DNA of 64,000 nt from a virus (IMGVR_UViG_3300037851_000141:160001-224000); one strand, 5' to 3'. Positions 36,931-44,289 are shown, counted from the first letter of the stretch. Notes: generated by a model from the letters alone, not told the origin. Program-made: numbers and translations.

Positions 36931-37722
36931 ATGGACATGCACTTTCAATCCGTAGTCGTAACTCTCGTTGGAGCCGACAATAAACCCTTTAGGGAATATG
37001 ATCCACACCAAGTAGAAAATGGCAGACGTTGTAATCTGATTATGCCATTTGATACTGAATATAAGGTTTTCGTTAAGAATCTCGCAGACCGTAGAATTAA
37101 ACTTGATATTGAAGTTGATGGAACTAATGTATCAGGTAAAGGTCTTATTATTGGTTCTAAAGAAAATGCCTATATTGAACGATTTGTTGATGCGGCTCGT
37201 AAATTCAAGTTTGTAAAGGCTCAAGGTGCTGGCGCAAACCCAAATGTAGCCGATCCAACAAGTCCTGAAAATGGTATAGTGAAAATCCGAGTAGCCAAAG
37301 AGAAACAAGCTACATTAAATTGGAATTATTATTACAATCAGCCTTCAATATGGACTTCCCCAATAAATCCATATCCACTAAATCCAGAAATTATTTGTTA
37401 TGGGTCACAGTCAAATCCGACAGGAACACCAATATCATGTTCATATAAAGGTGGTGCTGGAGATAATATAAAACGAGGGTTCAGCACCAAATCAATGAGT
37501 TTTAGTAGTTTGGCATCTGCTGAGACACAACCAAAGACTGATGTTGGTGCTACTGTAGAAGGTAATAATAGTGGTCAATCTTTCGGCACAACTTACTGGA
37601 ATGGTGATGACGGAGATTCAATGGTATTTACGTTTTATGTTCGTGGCGTCGAGAATGGAATAACACCAGAAGAACAACGTCAATATGAAGAATACCTGCG
37701 TCTCAAAGAAAAATTTGGTTGA
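36931..37722 (+). CDS. conserved hypothetical protein
   Basis: AAGGAAGGA RBS, long ORF. Confidence 0.75.
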   Translation: MDMHFQSVVVTLVGADNKPFREYDPHQVENGRRCNLIMPFDTEYKVFVKNLADRRIKLDIEVDGTNVSGKGLIIGSKENAYIERFVDAARKFKFVKAQGAGANPNVADPTSPENGIVKIRVAKEKQATLNWNYYYNQPSIWTSPINPYPLNPEIICYGSQSNPTGTPISCSYKGGAGDNIKRGFSTKSMSFSSLASAETQPKTDVGATVEGNNSGQSFGTTYWNGDDGDSMVFTFYVRGVENGITPEEQRQYEEYLRLKEKFG

Positions 37723-37746
37723 CAAATAGAAAAATGTTGGTAAAAT
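37719..37746 (+). promoter_or_regulatory. sigma70-type promoter of tRNA
   Basis: TTGACA-N16-TAAAAT followed by 11-bp leader hairpin AGGGGCGTATC/GGTACGCCTCT. Confidence 0.7.
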
Positions 37747-37790
37747 AGGGGCGTATCAGATATAAATCACTTGGTACGCCTCTTTTACAT

Positions 37791-37907
37791 GCTGGTTTAG
37801 CTCAGGGGTAGAGCAGTTGTTTTGCTGGAATATAGGAAAGCAAGACGGTTCGAGTCCGTCATTCTGGAATAAACAACAGGTCGGGGGTTCAAATCCCTCA
37901 ACCAGCA
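37791..37907 (+). tRNA. interrupted tRNA, best reconstructed as tRNA-Thr(TGT), with 45-nt mini-tRNA insert at 37825-37869
   Basis: GCTGGTT/AACCAGC, GCTC/GAGC D arm, GTTGT/ACAAC stem, AGGTC variable loop; TTTG+TAA after removal. Confidence 0.8.
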
Positions 37908-37921
37908 TTATAAATAATACT

Positions 37922-38260
37922 ATGAACATAAACCATATCTTTGACAACTTTATAGAAACTGGAAAAATGAGTGTTGATGATGCTAAATTGTTTCTTGACC
38001 AAATCTTAGAGTTCACCAAAGGTCAAGAATTTACAAGTGTCATTGATGTTTATTCTTTTTTAGTTGAACATGGTTTGGTTGAAGATAAACTAAAATTCCA
38101 TGAGCCAACTAAAAGAATGTATCTTGATTCGTCTAAAGCACATAAGGTAATAAGATTCTTTAAGTCATTGGATCTTATTGAATATACAGACGAAGATTTT
38201 GAGGACTTCAAGAAAAAAGTACTTGACTCTGAAACATCTCTTGGTAAAATACTACCATGA
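37922..38260 (+). CDS. hypothetical late protein
   Basis: TATAAATA 37909-16; ORF-track start 37817 overlaps tRNA and is rejected. Confidence 0.65.
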   Translation: MNINHIFDNFIETGKMSVDDAKLFLDQILEFTKGQEFTSVIDVYSFLVEHGLVEDKLKFHEPTKRMYLDSSKAHKVIRFFKSLDLIEYTDEDFEDFKKKVLDSETSLGKILP

Positions 38261-38351
38261 GACATAAACATGAGTCAAATCATCTTTTATCTATCTGAGT
38301 GCGGACCCTAAACAGGTCGTTGGCACACGAATTGACAAGTATATATCGTAC

Positions 38352-38426
38352 TGCGGGATGGTGTAACGGTTAGCATAGCGGCCTCATAAGCCGCAGATTT
38401 AGGTTCAAATCCTGATCCCGCCACCA
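38352..38426 (+). tRNA. tRNA-Met(CAT), initiator-like
   Basis: 1:72 T-C mismatch, GCGGC-CTCATAA-GCCGC, CCA. Confidence 0.85.
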
Positions 38427-38428
38427 AT

Positions 38429-38490
38429 AATCCGAATGCTGATAAGATTACATATCATTAAAAACCAATCTTATCAAATTTTGTCGGATT
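38429..38490 (+). ncRNA. short Y-RNA-like RNA 2
   Basis: AATCCGA/TCGGATT, ATGC/AATTTTG internal loop, TGATAAGATT/AATCTTATCA. Confidence 0.7.
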
Positions 38491-38503
38491 TTATTTCTGA
38501 GTT

Positions 38504-38575
38504 AATACCGAATGCTTGTTGAGAGTACATTTCCTTGTAAGAAACCAACCCCTCTCAACCACTTTTGTCGGTATT
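38504..38575 (+). ncRNA. short Y-RNA-like RNA 3
   Basis: AATACCGA/TCGGTATT, GTTGAGAG/CTCTCAAC, loop TACAT-TTC-CTTGTAA-GAA. Confidence 0.7.
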
Positions 38576-38583
38576 TTTCTTTA

Positions 38584-38693
38584 TGAGGGTTCGAATTCAA
38601 GTTGCTGGTGGAATTCCCACGACCTACCTACCAGTAGTAAAGAGCTTGATAGTAGAATAGCTAAGCGCGGCCAGTCGTGACCTCAAAACTGGC
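38584..38693 (+). ncRNA. unassigned structured, possibly pseudoknotted RNA
   Basis: TGAGG/CCTCA, TCAAG/CTTGA, 10-bp TTGCTGGTGG/CTACCAGTAG, GCCAGT/ACTGGC. Confidence 0.4.
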
Positions 38694-38698
38694 GTTAC

Positions 38699-38776
38699 GC
38701 TCTCATCGTCTAGCCCGGTTAGGACATTTGGTTTTCATCCAAAAAACGTGGAGTTCAAATCTCCCTGAGAGTACCA
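38699..38776 (+). tRNA. tRNA-Glu(TTC)
   Basis: GCTCTCA/TGAGAGT, TTTGG-TTTTCAT-CCAAA, CCA. Confidence 0.88.
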
Positions 38777-38778
38777 AT

Positions 38779-38841
38779 GAAGCGAATGCAGATAAGATTA
38801 CATTCTGGAAAAAATAAAATCTTATCAAATTTTGTCGCTTC
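38779..38841 (+). ncRNA. short Y-RNA-like RNA 4
   Basis: GAAGCGA/TCGCTTC, GATAAGATT/AATCTTATC, AATTTTGTC. Confidence 0.7.
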
Positions 38842-38847
38842 TTATAT

Positions 38848-38953
38848 GCTGCGTTGACAGATCGGTTATGTGCTAGCCTTCCCGAGAAAAGGAGCCTAAA
38901 GCTTTAATTCTCGACCAAAGCTAGAAAGGCGGGTTCGATTCCCGCACGCGGCT
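38848..38953 (+). tRNA. interrupted tRNA, best reconstructed as tRNA-Gly(TCC), with 35-nt minihelix-ACCA insert at 38883-38917
   Basis: GCTGCGT/ACGCGGC, U73, CTAGC/GCTAG stem; CTTCC+AA after removal. Confidence 0.75.
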
Positions 38954-39026
38954 TAGATAGTTTAGTGTGGTGTTTTTTGAGAAATAAGAACGATTGGCTG
39001 GTCGGAAGCTACCAAGAGTTAGTGAT

Positions 39027-40343
39027 TTAGTTATCAACTGTTATCACTTTGGTTGTTGGGTCAAGATGGACTCTAAGCTCATCTCCGTCCAGAGTATAGA
39101 AACCAGTTTCCTTCCAGTAGAAACCCTTCCTATTTAACTCTAACTTACGTAATTTGGGAGGTATGTCGGGTAAGGTCTGTTCGTGGTTGCACGACGCATT
39201 ATAGTCTGCGTCGTCAGAAAAGCCACAACCTCGACAGATGTAAATCTTACCCTTCCTATTACTCTTACGTACCAATCCGCAACAACTACACCGTTGACTT
39301 CTGTAAGTACAAGACTGTAAAGTGAAGTGGACCCCAGCCTCTTCACAGCGGCTACTTACTTTGTCTCTGATGAGTGTGTTTGTCCAGTGGGACATCTTAC
39401 GACTCGTTCTACGACCATAGTTTATGTTATTTATCTCTTCCAACTTTAGATGCTTGATGTTCATTAAGTTTAGTTGGTTGACTGACCAATTAATGAAGTT
39501 CTCACGGTGAGATTGGGCTTTAAGGAAGGCTCGACTTCCTTTACGTTTGGCACTCAATTTATCTATAATAGAATCTAATGAGTGTCCATGAGAGTCTGTC
39601 TTTGGTGTTGTTTGTCTGTCCGACAACGATATTATTGTCAATTTACCTTGGTCAGCACCAACATCAACACCTTTGGTCTTAGGTGGAACATCTTTTTCCC
39701 ACCGTAGATTTACGAAGTTGGTTCCGATGAGGAACGAGTTGAGCATCTTCCAATCAGCATATTTTGAGTTATGTTTGTGGAATCTTATAGGTAGTTTGAT
39801 ATGACCATATTCATCACCGATACATTTGAGTCTGAGGACTCCGTTGAAATATGATGTATTTTGGGTTGGTTCCCAATCTATACATTTGCTTGATAATTCT
39901 GGGTTGATATTACTAAGATCAGGCTTTAGAGCCTGGAATTTCTGTAGATTTTGATATAGTCTCTCATTATAAACTCCTTCATCACAGAGTTTATTGAATA
40001 CCCATAATCTTCGTCTACGGACTTCCGTAGTTGCTGATATACATCCAGCAACCTGAGTTACCAGAGAGGATAATGCTCGGGCTGATAGTGGAGTTTGAAT
40101 ACCAAACAATTTGTAATCTATGAAACTTGGAGTTTCAAGGTTATCATCTTTGATAGAGAACTGATGCTCTGTAGATACTCCAGTTTCTTTATTTGTAGTA
40201 GTCCACTTGTATCCATGTTCCCAAATAAGGTCAACTATGAGTTGCCCAACTCTACGATACTCGGCAATAAACTTGTTCAACTTGTCAAGTTTATTCTTAT
40301 TTGTATCTTTAAGAGAATGAGAAGTTGACCGTATAGTAGTCAT
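39027..40343 (-). CDS. tnpB: TnpB RNA-guided nuclease (438 aa)
   Basis: RuvC GADQG, LEEIN, DADYNAS; YRSQRCSCC..CRGC. Confidence 0.88.
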   Translation of the reverse strand: MTTIRSTSHSLKDTNKNKLDKLNKFIAEYRRVGQLIVDLIWEHGYKWTTTNKETGVSTEHQFSIKDDNLETPSFIDYKLFGIQTPLSARALSSLVTQVAGCISATTEVRRRRLWVFNKLCDEGVYNERLYQNLQKFQALKPDLSNINPELSSKCIDWEPTQNTSYFNGVLRLKCIGDEYGHIKLPIRFHKHNSKYADWKMLNSFLIGTNFVNLRWEKDVPPKTKGVDVGADQGKLTIISLSDRQTTPKTDSHGHSLDSIIDKLSAKRKGSRAFLKAQSHRENFINWSVNQLNLMNIKHLKLEEINNINYGRRTSRKMSHWTNTLIRDKVSSRCEEAGVHFTLQSCTYRSQRCSCCGLVRKSNRKGKIYICRGCGFSDDADYNASCNHEQTLPDIPPKLRKLELNRKGFYWKETGFYTLDGDELRVHLDPTTKVITVDN

Positions 40344-40519
40344 AGTTTGATAATTATGTCCTTGACATTAAGAGTAACATAGCGTATAAATTCAGAGGTA
40401 GAATGGAATCCAAATTTAACAGCATTTTGTTCGATAAGTTCTTTTTCATGTTTAGAGACACGGAATCCGTAGTTTATCTCTTTATCTTTAGGTTTTTTAG
40501 TTTGGGGTTTATTTGTCAT
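40340..40519 (-). CDS. ribbon-helix-helix small protein
   Basis: FRVSKHEKELIEQNAVKFGFHSTSEFIRY, homologous to 21191-21349. Confidence 0.7.
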   Translation of the reverse strand: MTNKPQTKKPKDKEINYGFRVSKHEKELIEQNAVKFGFHSTSEFIRYVTLNVKDIIIKL

Positions 40520-40678
40520 TAGTAATCCTTTCTTACTTGTATTTATATATCTATTATACAATGTTTGCTAACTTTTTTCTCTTGATTTTATATTTGAGTT
40601 AGGTATAATTTTATTTAGATGATAACAAACTTATACATTTCACATGAAATGACTTTAGACTATACTAAACTGTCGTAT

Positions 40679-40754
40679 GGGCGCTTCAGTATAATGGCTA
40701 GTACATCTGTTTTACACGCAGAAGATGGGGGTTCGATTCCCTCAGCGCCCACCA
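40679..40754 (+). tRNA. tRNA-Val(TAC)
   Basis: GGGCGCT/AGCGCCC, loop TTTACAC, CCA. Confidence 0.9.
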
Positions 40755-40757
40755 AAT

Positions 40758-40797
40758 AAAATCCACTAAATCTTAACTGGTTTGGTGGATTTTTTGT
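40758..40797 (+). terminator. intrinsic terminator
   Basis: AAAATCCACTAAA/TTTGGTGGATTTT. Confidence 0.7.
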
Positions 40798-40827
40798 TTG
40801 TATTCTTATATATTTTGATTATAATGA

Positions 40828-41319
40828 TTGACCACAAAAAGGAATCAAATGGAAGAATCAGATTACGAAAATGACAAATATAATGACTTGCTGGAGAATT
40901 ACGTAATACCAAGATTAAATGTAATTATAAGTACCCTGATACAAGAGAATCCTGGTAAAAATCATCAAGAACTTATGACAGAAGCACTAAAGCTGGTGTT
41001 TACTGATGATATAAAGGAAAAGTTTTTAGAATTGGGAATTGATACTGATACTTGTAAACTTGATGTATCATTCTTTTTTATTAGTGATGATTCGGTTCGT
41101 GGTAATATTATTGAATCATTATCTGAAGCTACGGATGATACAGAGCGGCTTTCAGTTATAGATAAATATATGGCTGAAACCGATCATTATAAACTTATGG
41201 ATGCTACTGTTGATAATGTATCTATTGATGCTGTAGAACTTAAGCCAAGACTATCAATAGATGACGTTGAACCTATTTCGGAGGAAGACTTTAGAAAGGC
41301 ATTTGAAAATGGAAATTGA
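40828..41319 (+). CDS. acidic hypothetical protein
   Basis: Long ORF, coupled to macrodomain gene. Confidence 0.65.
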   Translation: MTTKRNQMEESDYENDKYNDLLENYVIPRLNVIISTLIQENPGKNHQELMTEALKLVFTDDIKEKFLELGIDTDTCKLDVSFFFISDDSVRGNIIESLSEATDDTERLSVIDKYMAETDHYKLMDATVDNVSIDAVELKPRLSIDDVEPISEEDFRKAFENGN

Positions 41320-41848
41320 ATATATACATGGTGATTTGTTTGATAACTTAGAAGATATAAACTATCCTGTTGTAATCCCGCATTGCTGTAACGACGTTTG
41401 TGCTTGGGGTGCGGGATTTGTTACTGCTATATCTAATAAATGGGCTGAACCAGAGATTGAATATAAGAAATGGCATTATAATAAGACTGTAAATAGGTTT
41501 AATAAGAATCGTCCATTTTGTCTTGGTGAGGTTGATTATGTACAAGTTAGGAAGAGTCCATTTATTTTTGTTGCTAATATGATAGGTCAGCGCGGCGTGG
41601 TTAGCTCGAATAATCATAAACCAATCAGATATCTATCATTAGCTAATTGTATGAATGATGTTGCTCACACCGTAAATGGATTAAACAACTATTTTCGAAA
41701 CAAATATCCAGATAATCATAAACCAATTCAGATATATGCTCCTAAATTTGGTGCTGGTTTGGCCCAAGGTAATTGGAGTTTTATTGAAGAGTTGATAACT
41801 GAGATTTGGGTTGATCGTGGTATTCAAGTTAAAGTTTTCGTAATATAG
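41309..41848 (+). CDS. macrodomain (Poa1p/phage-type ADP-ribose processing) protein
   Basis: GDLF, HCCNDVCAWGAGF, APKFGAGLAQGNW. Confidence 0.85.
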   Translation: MEIEYIHGDLFDNLEDINYPVVIPHCCNDVCAWGAGFVTAISNKWAEPEIEYKKWHYNKTVNRFNKNRPFCLGEVDYVQVRKSPFIFVANMIGQRGVVSSNNHKPIRYLSLANCMNDVAHTVNGLNNYFRNKYPDNHKPIQIYAPKFGAGLAQGNWSFIEELITEIWVDRGIQVKVFVI

Positions 41849-41857
41849 AAAGACATT

Positions 41858-43357
41858 ATGACCTCTCAACAAATTGACCAAAAGACCAAGATTCTAAATG
41901 AAGTTTTTGGATATGAAACATTTAGAAAAGGTCAGGAAGAGATTATTGATGCTGTAATGGATGATAATAATAAAGGTGTATTGGTTGTTATGCCTACTGG
42001 CGGTGGTAAAAGTATAACATTCCAAATACCGGCGTTGATGATGAAGAATATGACTTTGGTTATTAGCCCATTGATTTCTCTAATGAAAGACCAAGTTGAC
42101 ACATTAGAGAAAAAAGGCGTCAACGTAGCCTATTATAATTCCAGCATGACGGAGAAACAAAAGAAAGAAACCATCAATAGCATACAGCTTGGAATTGTCA
42201 ATCTGTTATATGTTGCTCCAGAGAGATTTGATGATGAAAACTTTATGCTATTGGTTGAAAGTGTTGGTGTTGATTTAATAGCAATCGATGAGGCACATTG
42301 TATCTCATTCTACGGACACGATTTCCGACCATCATATCTTAGGATTCGTGAAGTTATTGAAAGATTGCGGCCTCGCCAAGTTATTGCTGTTACTGCGACT
42401 GCTCCACCCAAAGTACAAACAGATATATGCGAAAAGTTGGGTATTCCGAAGGCTAAAAAGTTTATTCGTGGTATATATCGTGATAACCTTATTATAAAGA
42501 TAAACATTTTAGATAGTGGCGGTAATTATAGGGTAAACAAGATTATAAGCAAGTTAAAGTCTTATCATGAAAATGGGATAAAGACTGGAATTGTTTATGT
42601 TGCTACACGAAAAGCAGCAGAAGGTATGCACGCCCTTTTAAAATCCAGAGGTATCGAATCTGTCGTATATCATGCTGGTTTGGAGGATAAAGAACGAACC
42701 AAAGTACAAGAAGAATGGTTCAAGAAAGGTGGTACTGTTATAGCTACTATCGCTTTCGGTATGGGAGTTGATAAAGCTGATGTAAGATTTGTTATACACG
42801 CAAATATGTCTGGAAGTATTGAAGCGTGGTCGCAGGAGTGCGGTCGTTGTGGTCGGGACGGTGAACCAGCAGTTTGTACATCATTTATTAGTCGTGGCGA
42901 AGATTATAGAACGCATATGTATTTTATTGATCTTAGTAATCCTCCGAGTGAACGAGTAAGAAAGTTTTGGTATGCTTTAAATGAGTTTGCCAGAAATAAG
43001 AAACCAAATGAAGATGAAGTTATATTGGATATGACTCAGAAAGATATGGAAGAGGCATTTGATTTTGAGAATGGAATGGTTAGTGGATGTATTGGGGTAT
43101 TAAAGAGATATCAGTTGGTTAAGACTCTTGGGCGTGGTAAATACATGGTCAAGACGTATGAAGATCCAGACCGCGCCCGTATTAACTATGCTGATATTGA
43201 TAAAAAGCGTCAAGATAAGATTGATAAGTTAAATGAGACATTGGAGTTTATGTATAATGACTCTGAGTGTAGGTTTAAGCAGATTGGTAAATATTTTGGT
43301 ATAGATGATGATATTCGTTGTAAAAAATGTGACGTATGCTTAGGGGAGGTTGAATGA
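41858..43357 (+). CDS. recQ: RecQ-family DNA helicase
   Basis: MPTGGGKS, DEAHCIS..GHDFRPSY, TATA, AFGMGVDK, QECGRCGRDG, C-terminal Zn Cys. Confidence 0.95.
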   Translation: MTSQQIDQKTKILNEVFGYETFRKGQEEIIDAVMDDNNKGVLVVMPTGGGKSITFQIPALMMKNMTLVISPLISLMKDQVDTLEKKGVNVAYYNSSMTEKQKKETINSIQLGIVNLLYVAPERFDDENFMLLVESVGVDLIAIDEAHCISFYGHDFRPSYLRIREVIERLRPRQVIAVTATAPPKVQTDICEKLGIPKAKKFIRGIYRDNLIIKINILDSGGNYRVNKIISKLKSYHENGIKTGIVYVATRKAAEGMHALLKSRGIESVVYHAGLEDKERTKVQEEWFKKGGTVIATIAFGMGVDKADVRFVIHANMSGSIEAWSQECGRCGRDGEPAVCTSFISRGEDYRTHMYFIDLSNPPSERVRKFWYALNEFARNKKPNEDEVILDMTQKDMEEAFDFENGMVSGCIGVLKRYQLVKTLGRGKYMVKTYEDPDRARINYADIDKKRQDKIDKLNETLEFMYNDSECRFKQIGKYFGIDDDIRCKKCDVCLGEVE

Positions 43358-43542
43358 ACAAGGTTATTATAATATTATTTTTTGGATTTCTTGGTTGGTT
43401 CTTTTATCAGGCATCGTTATTACAAGCATCTTTAGGGTTGAATGTTATATTTATTCTATATGCTGTTTACATTTTTACGTCGGTTATATATGAGAACTAT
43501 ATAAATAAGGATGAGGAATCAGATAATGGATCTAAAGAATAA
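43354..43542 (+). CDS. small membrane protein
   Basis: Two hydrophobic segments. Confidence 0.55.
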   Translation: MNKVIIILFFGFLGWFFYQASLLQASLGLNVIFILYAVYIFTSVIYENYINKDEESDNGSKE

Positions 43543-44278
43543 GATTAAGGAATTGTTTATTGAATCGATGACTGGTGCCGATCCTTTTAGTAATTCTGGT
43601 GGTGGCGGGAAGAATGGTACTGTTGTAAACATGGGTGATAAAGATTCTGCTAATAGAAGAGATGATACGAGAAGAAAAAGAGTTGAACGAGAAAGAGCAA
43701 AAAGATTAAAAGGCAAGAAATCCGGTAAAACTGTTAAGAATGAAGAACCAATAGATCCAAGATCACTTCTATTAGGTGAATTCCGCTTTACATTAAAAGA
43801 ATCATTTATAAACAAGCTTATTGAATATGTTGTAACCAGAAAAACGTCAATTTTGCGTGATGCTCTTGATTTGATGGAAGAATATCCTCAATTAAAGAAA
43901 CACATTATAGAAGAGAGTAAAAAGGCCCTTCCTGAGCGTGGATTTTCTGTTTATGTATGTCGAGAGAGTACATTAAACGAAGAAATAGGGAGTGCCGGGG
44001 AGAGAACTGGAAATGGCCCTCATCGTTGGTATTTATCTGAAATGTCTGCTGTATCGCATAAGGGTGGTTTAGAATCTTATTATGTTATGGAAGCTAAGGT
44101 TAATCCATCACATACATTGTTATATGTTCCAGCATTTACTAAAGATATGGAAAAATTGATATTAAGTGGTAAAATAGATGAGCCGAATGATAATGTCCTT
44201 AGATTGGCGAGAAAAATGGGCGAAATAGTACTCGTTCCAGAAGTCAACCAAGGACAAATCATAAGACTTTGCCAATAA
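43526..44278 (+). CDS. putative virion protein
   Basis: TATAAATA 43500-07; FIES, LKES, LNEE motifs. Confidence 0.65.
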   Translation: MDLKNKIKELFIESMTGADPFSNSGGGGKNGTVVNMGDKDSANRRDDTRRKRVERERAKRLKGKKSGKTVKNEEPIDPRSLLLGEFRFTLKESFINKLIEYVVTRKTSILRDALDLMEEYPQLKKHIIEESKKALPERGFSVYVCRESTLNEEIGSAGERTGNGPHRWYLSEMSAVSHKGGLESYYVMEAKVNPSHTLLYVPAFTKDMEKLILSGKIDEPNDNVLRLARKMGEIVLVPEVNQGQIIRLCQ

Positions 44279-44289
44279 AGGACTTAGAT

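Larger units (their letters stand above)
39027..40547 (-). mobile_element. RHH+TnpB cassette (no TnpA); ends not mapped
   Basis: TATAAATA (minus) 40540-47, RHH gene coupled to tnpB, sits between tRNA genes in opposite orientation. Confidence 0.7.

Noticed and set aside
37756-38019. ORF-track ORFs over tRNA genes (also 16053-16277, 17005-17214, 5' parts of 20605-20835 and 37817-38260)
   Set aside because: They overlap tRNA cloverleaves and translate typical tRNA-derived pseudo-peptides.
38298-38328. Hairpin GTGCGGACC-CTAAACA-GGTCGTTGGCAC as a tRNA fragment
   Set aside because: No D or T arm consensus; only an isolated stem-loop upstream of tRNA-Met.
38584-38693. HDV-like theta ribozyme
   Set aside because: The GCCAGT/ACTGGC helix encloses only 12 nt, too few for P2/P3/L3, and it does not start at a tRNA 3' end.
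38429-38841. CRISPR mini-array interpretation of the repeated GAATGC/TTTTGTC elements
   Set aside because: Copies are irregularly spaced, interleaved with tRNAs, conserved in structure rather than as identical direct repeats, and no cas genes are nearby.
38878-38919. Opal-suppressor (TCA) or Trp (CCA) reading of the spliced Gly-like tRNA
   Set aside because: Shifted junctions can give CTTCAAA or CTCCAAA, but the body has Gly identity (G1-C72, C2-G71, U73) and TGA is used as a normal stop (e.g. thyA, Ro60).
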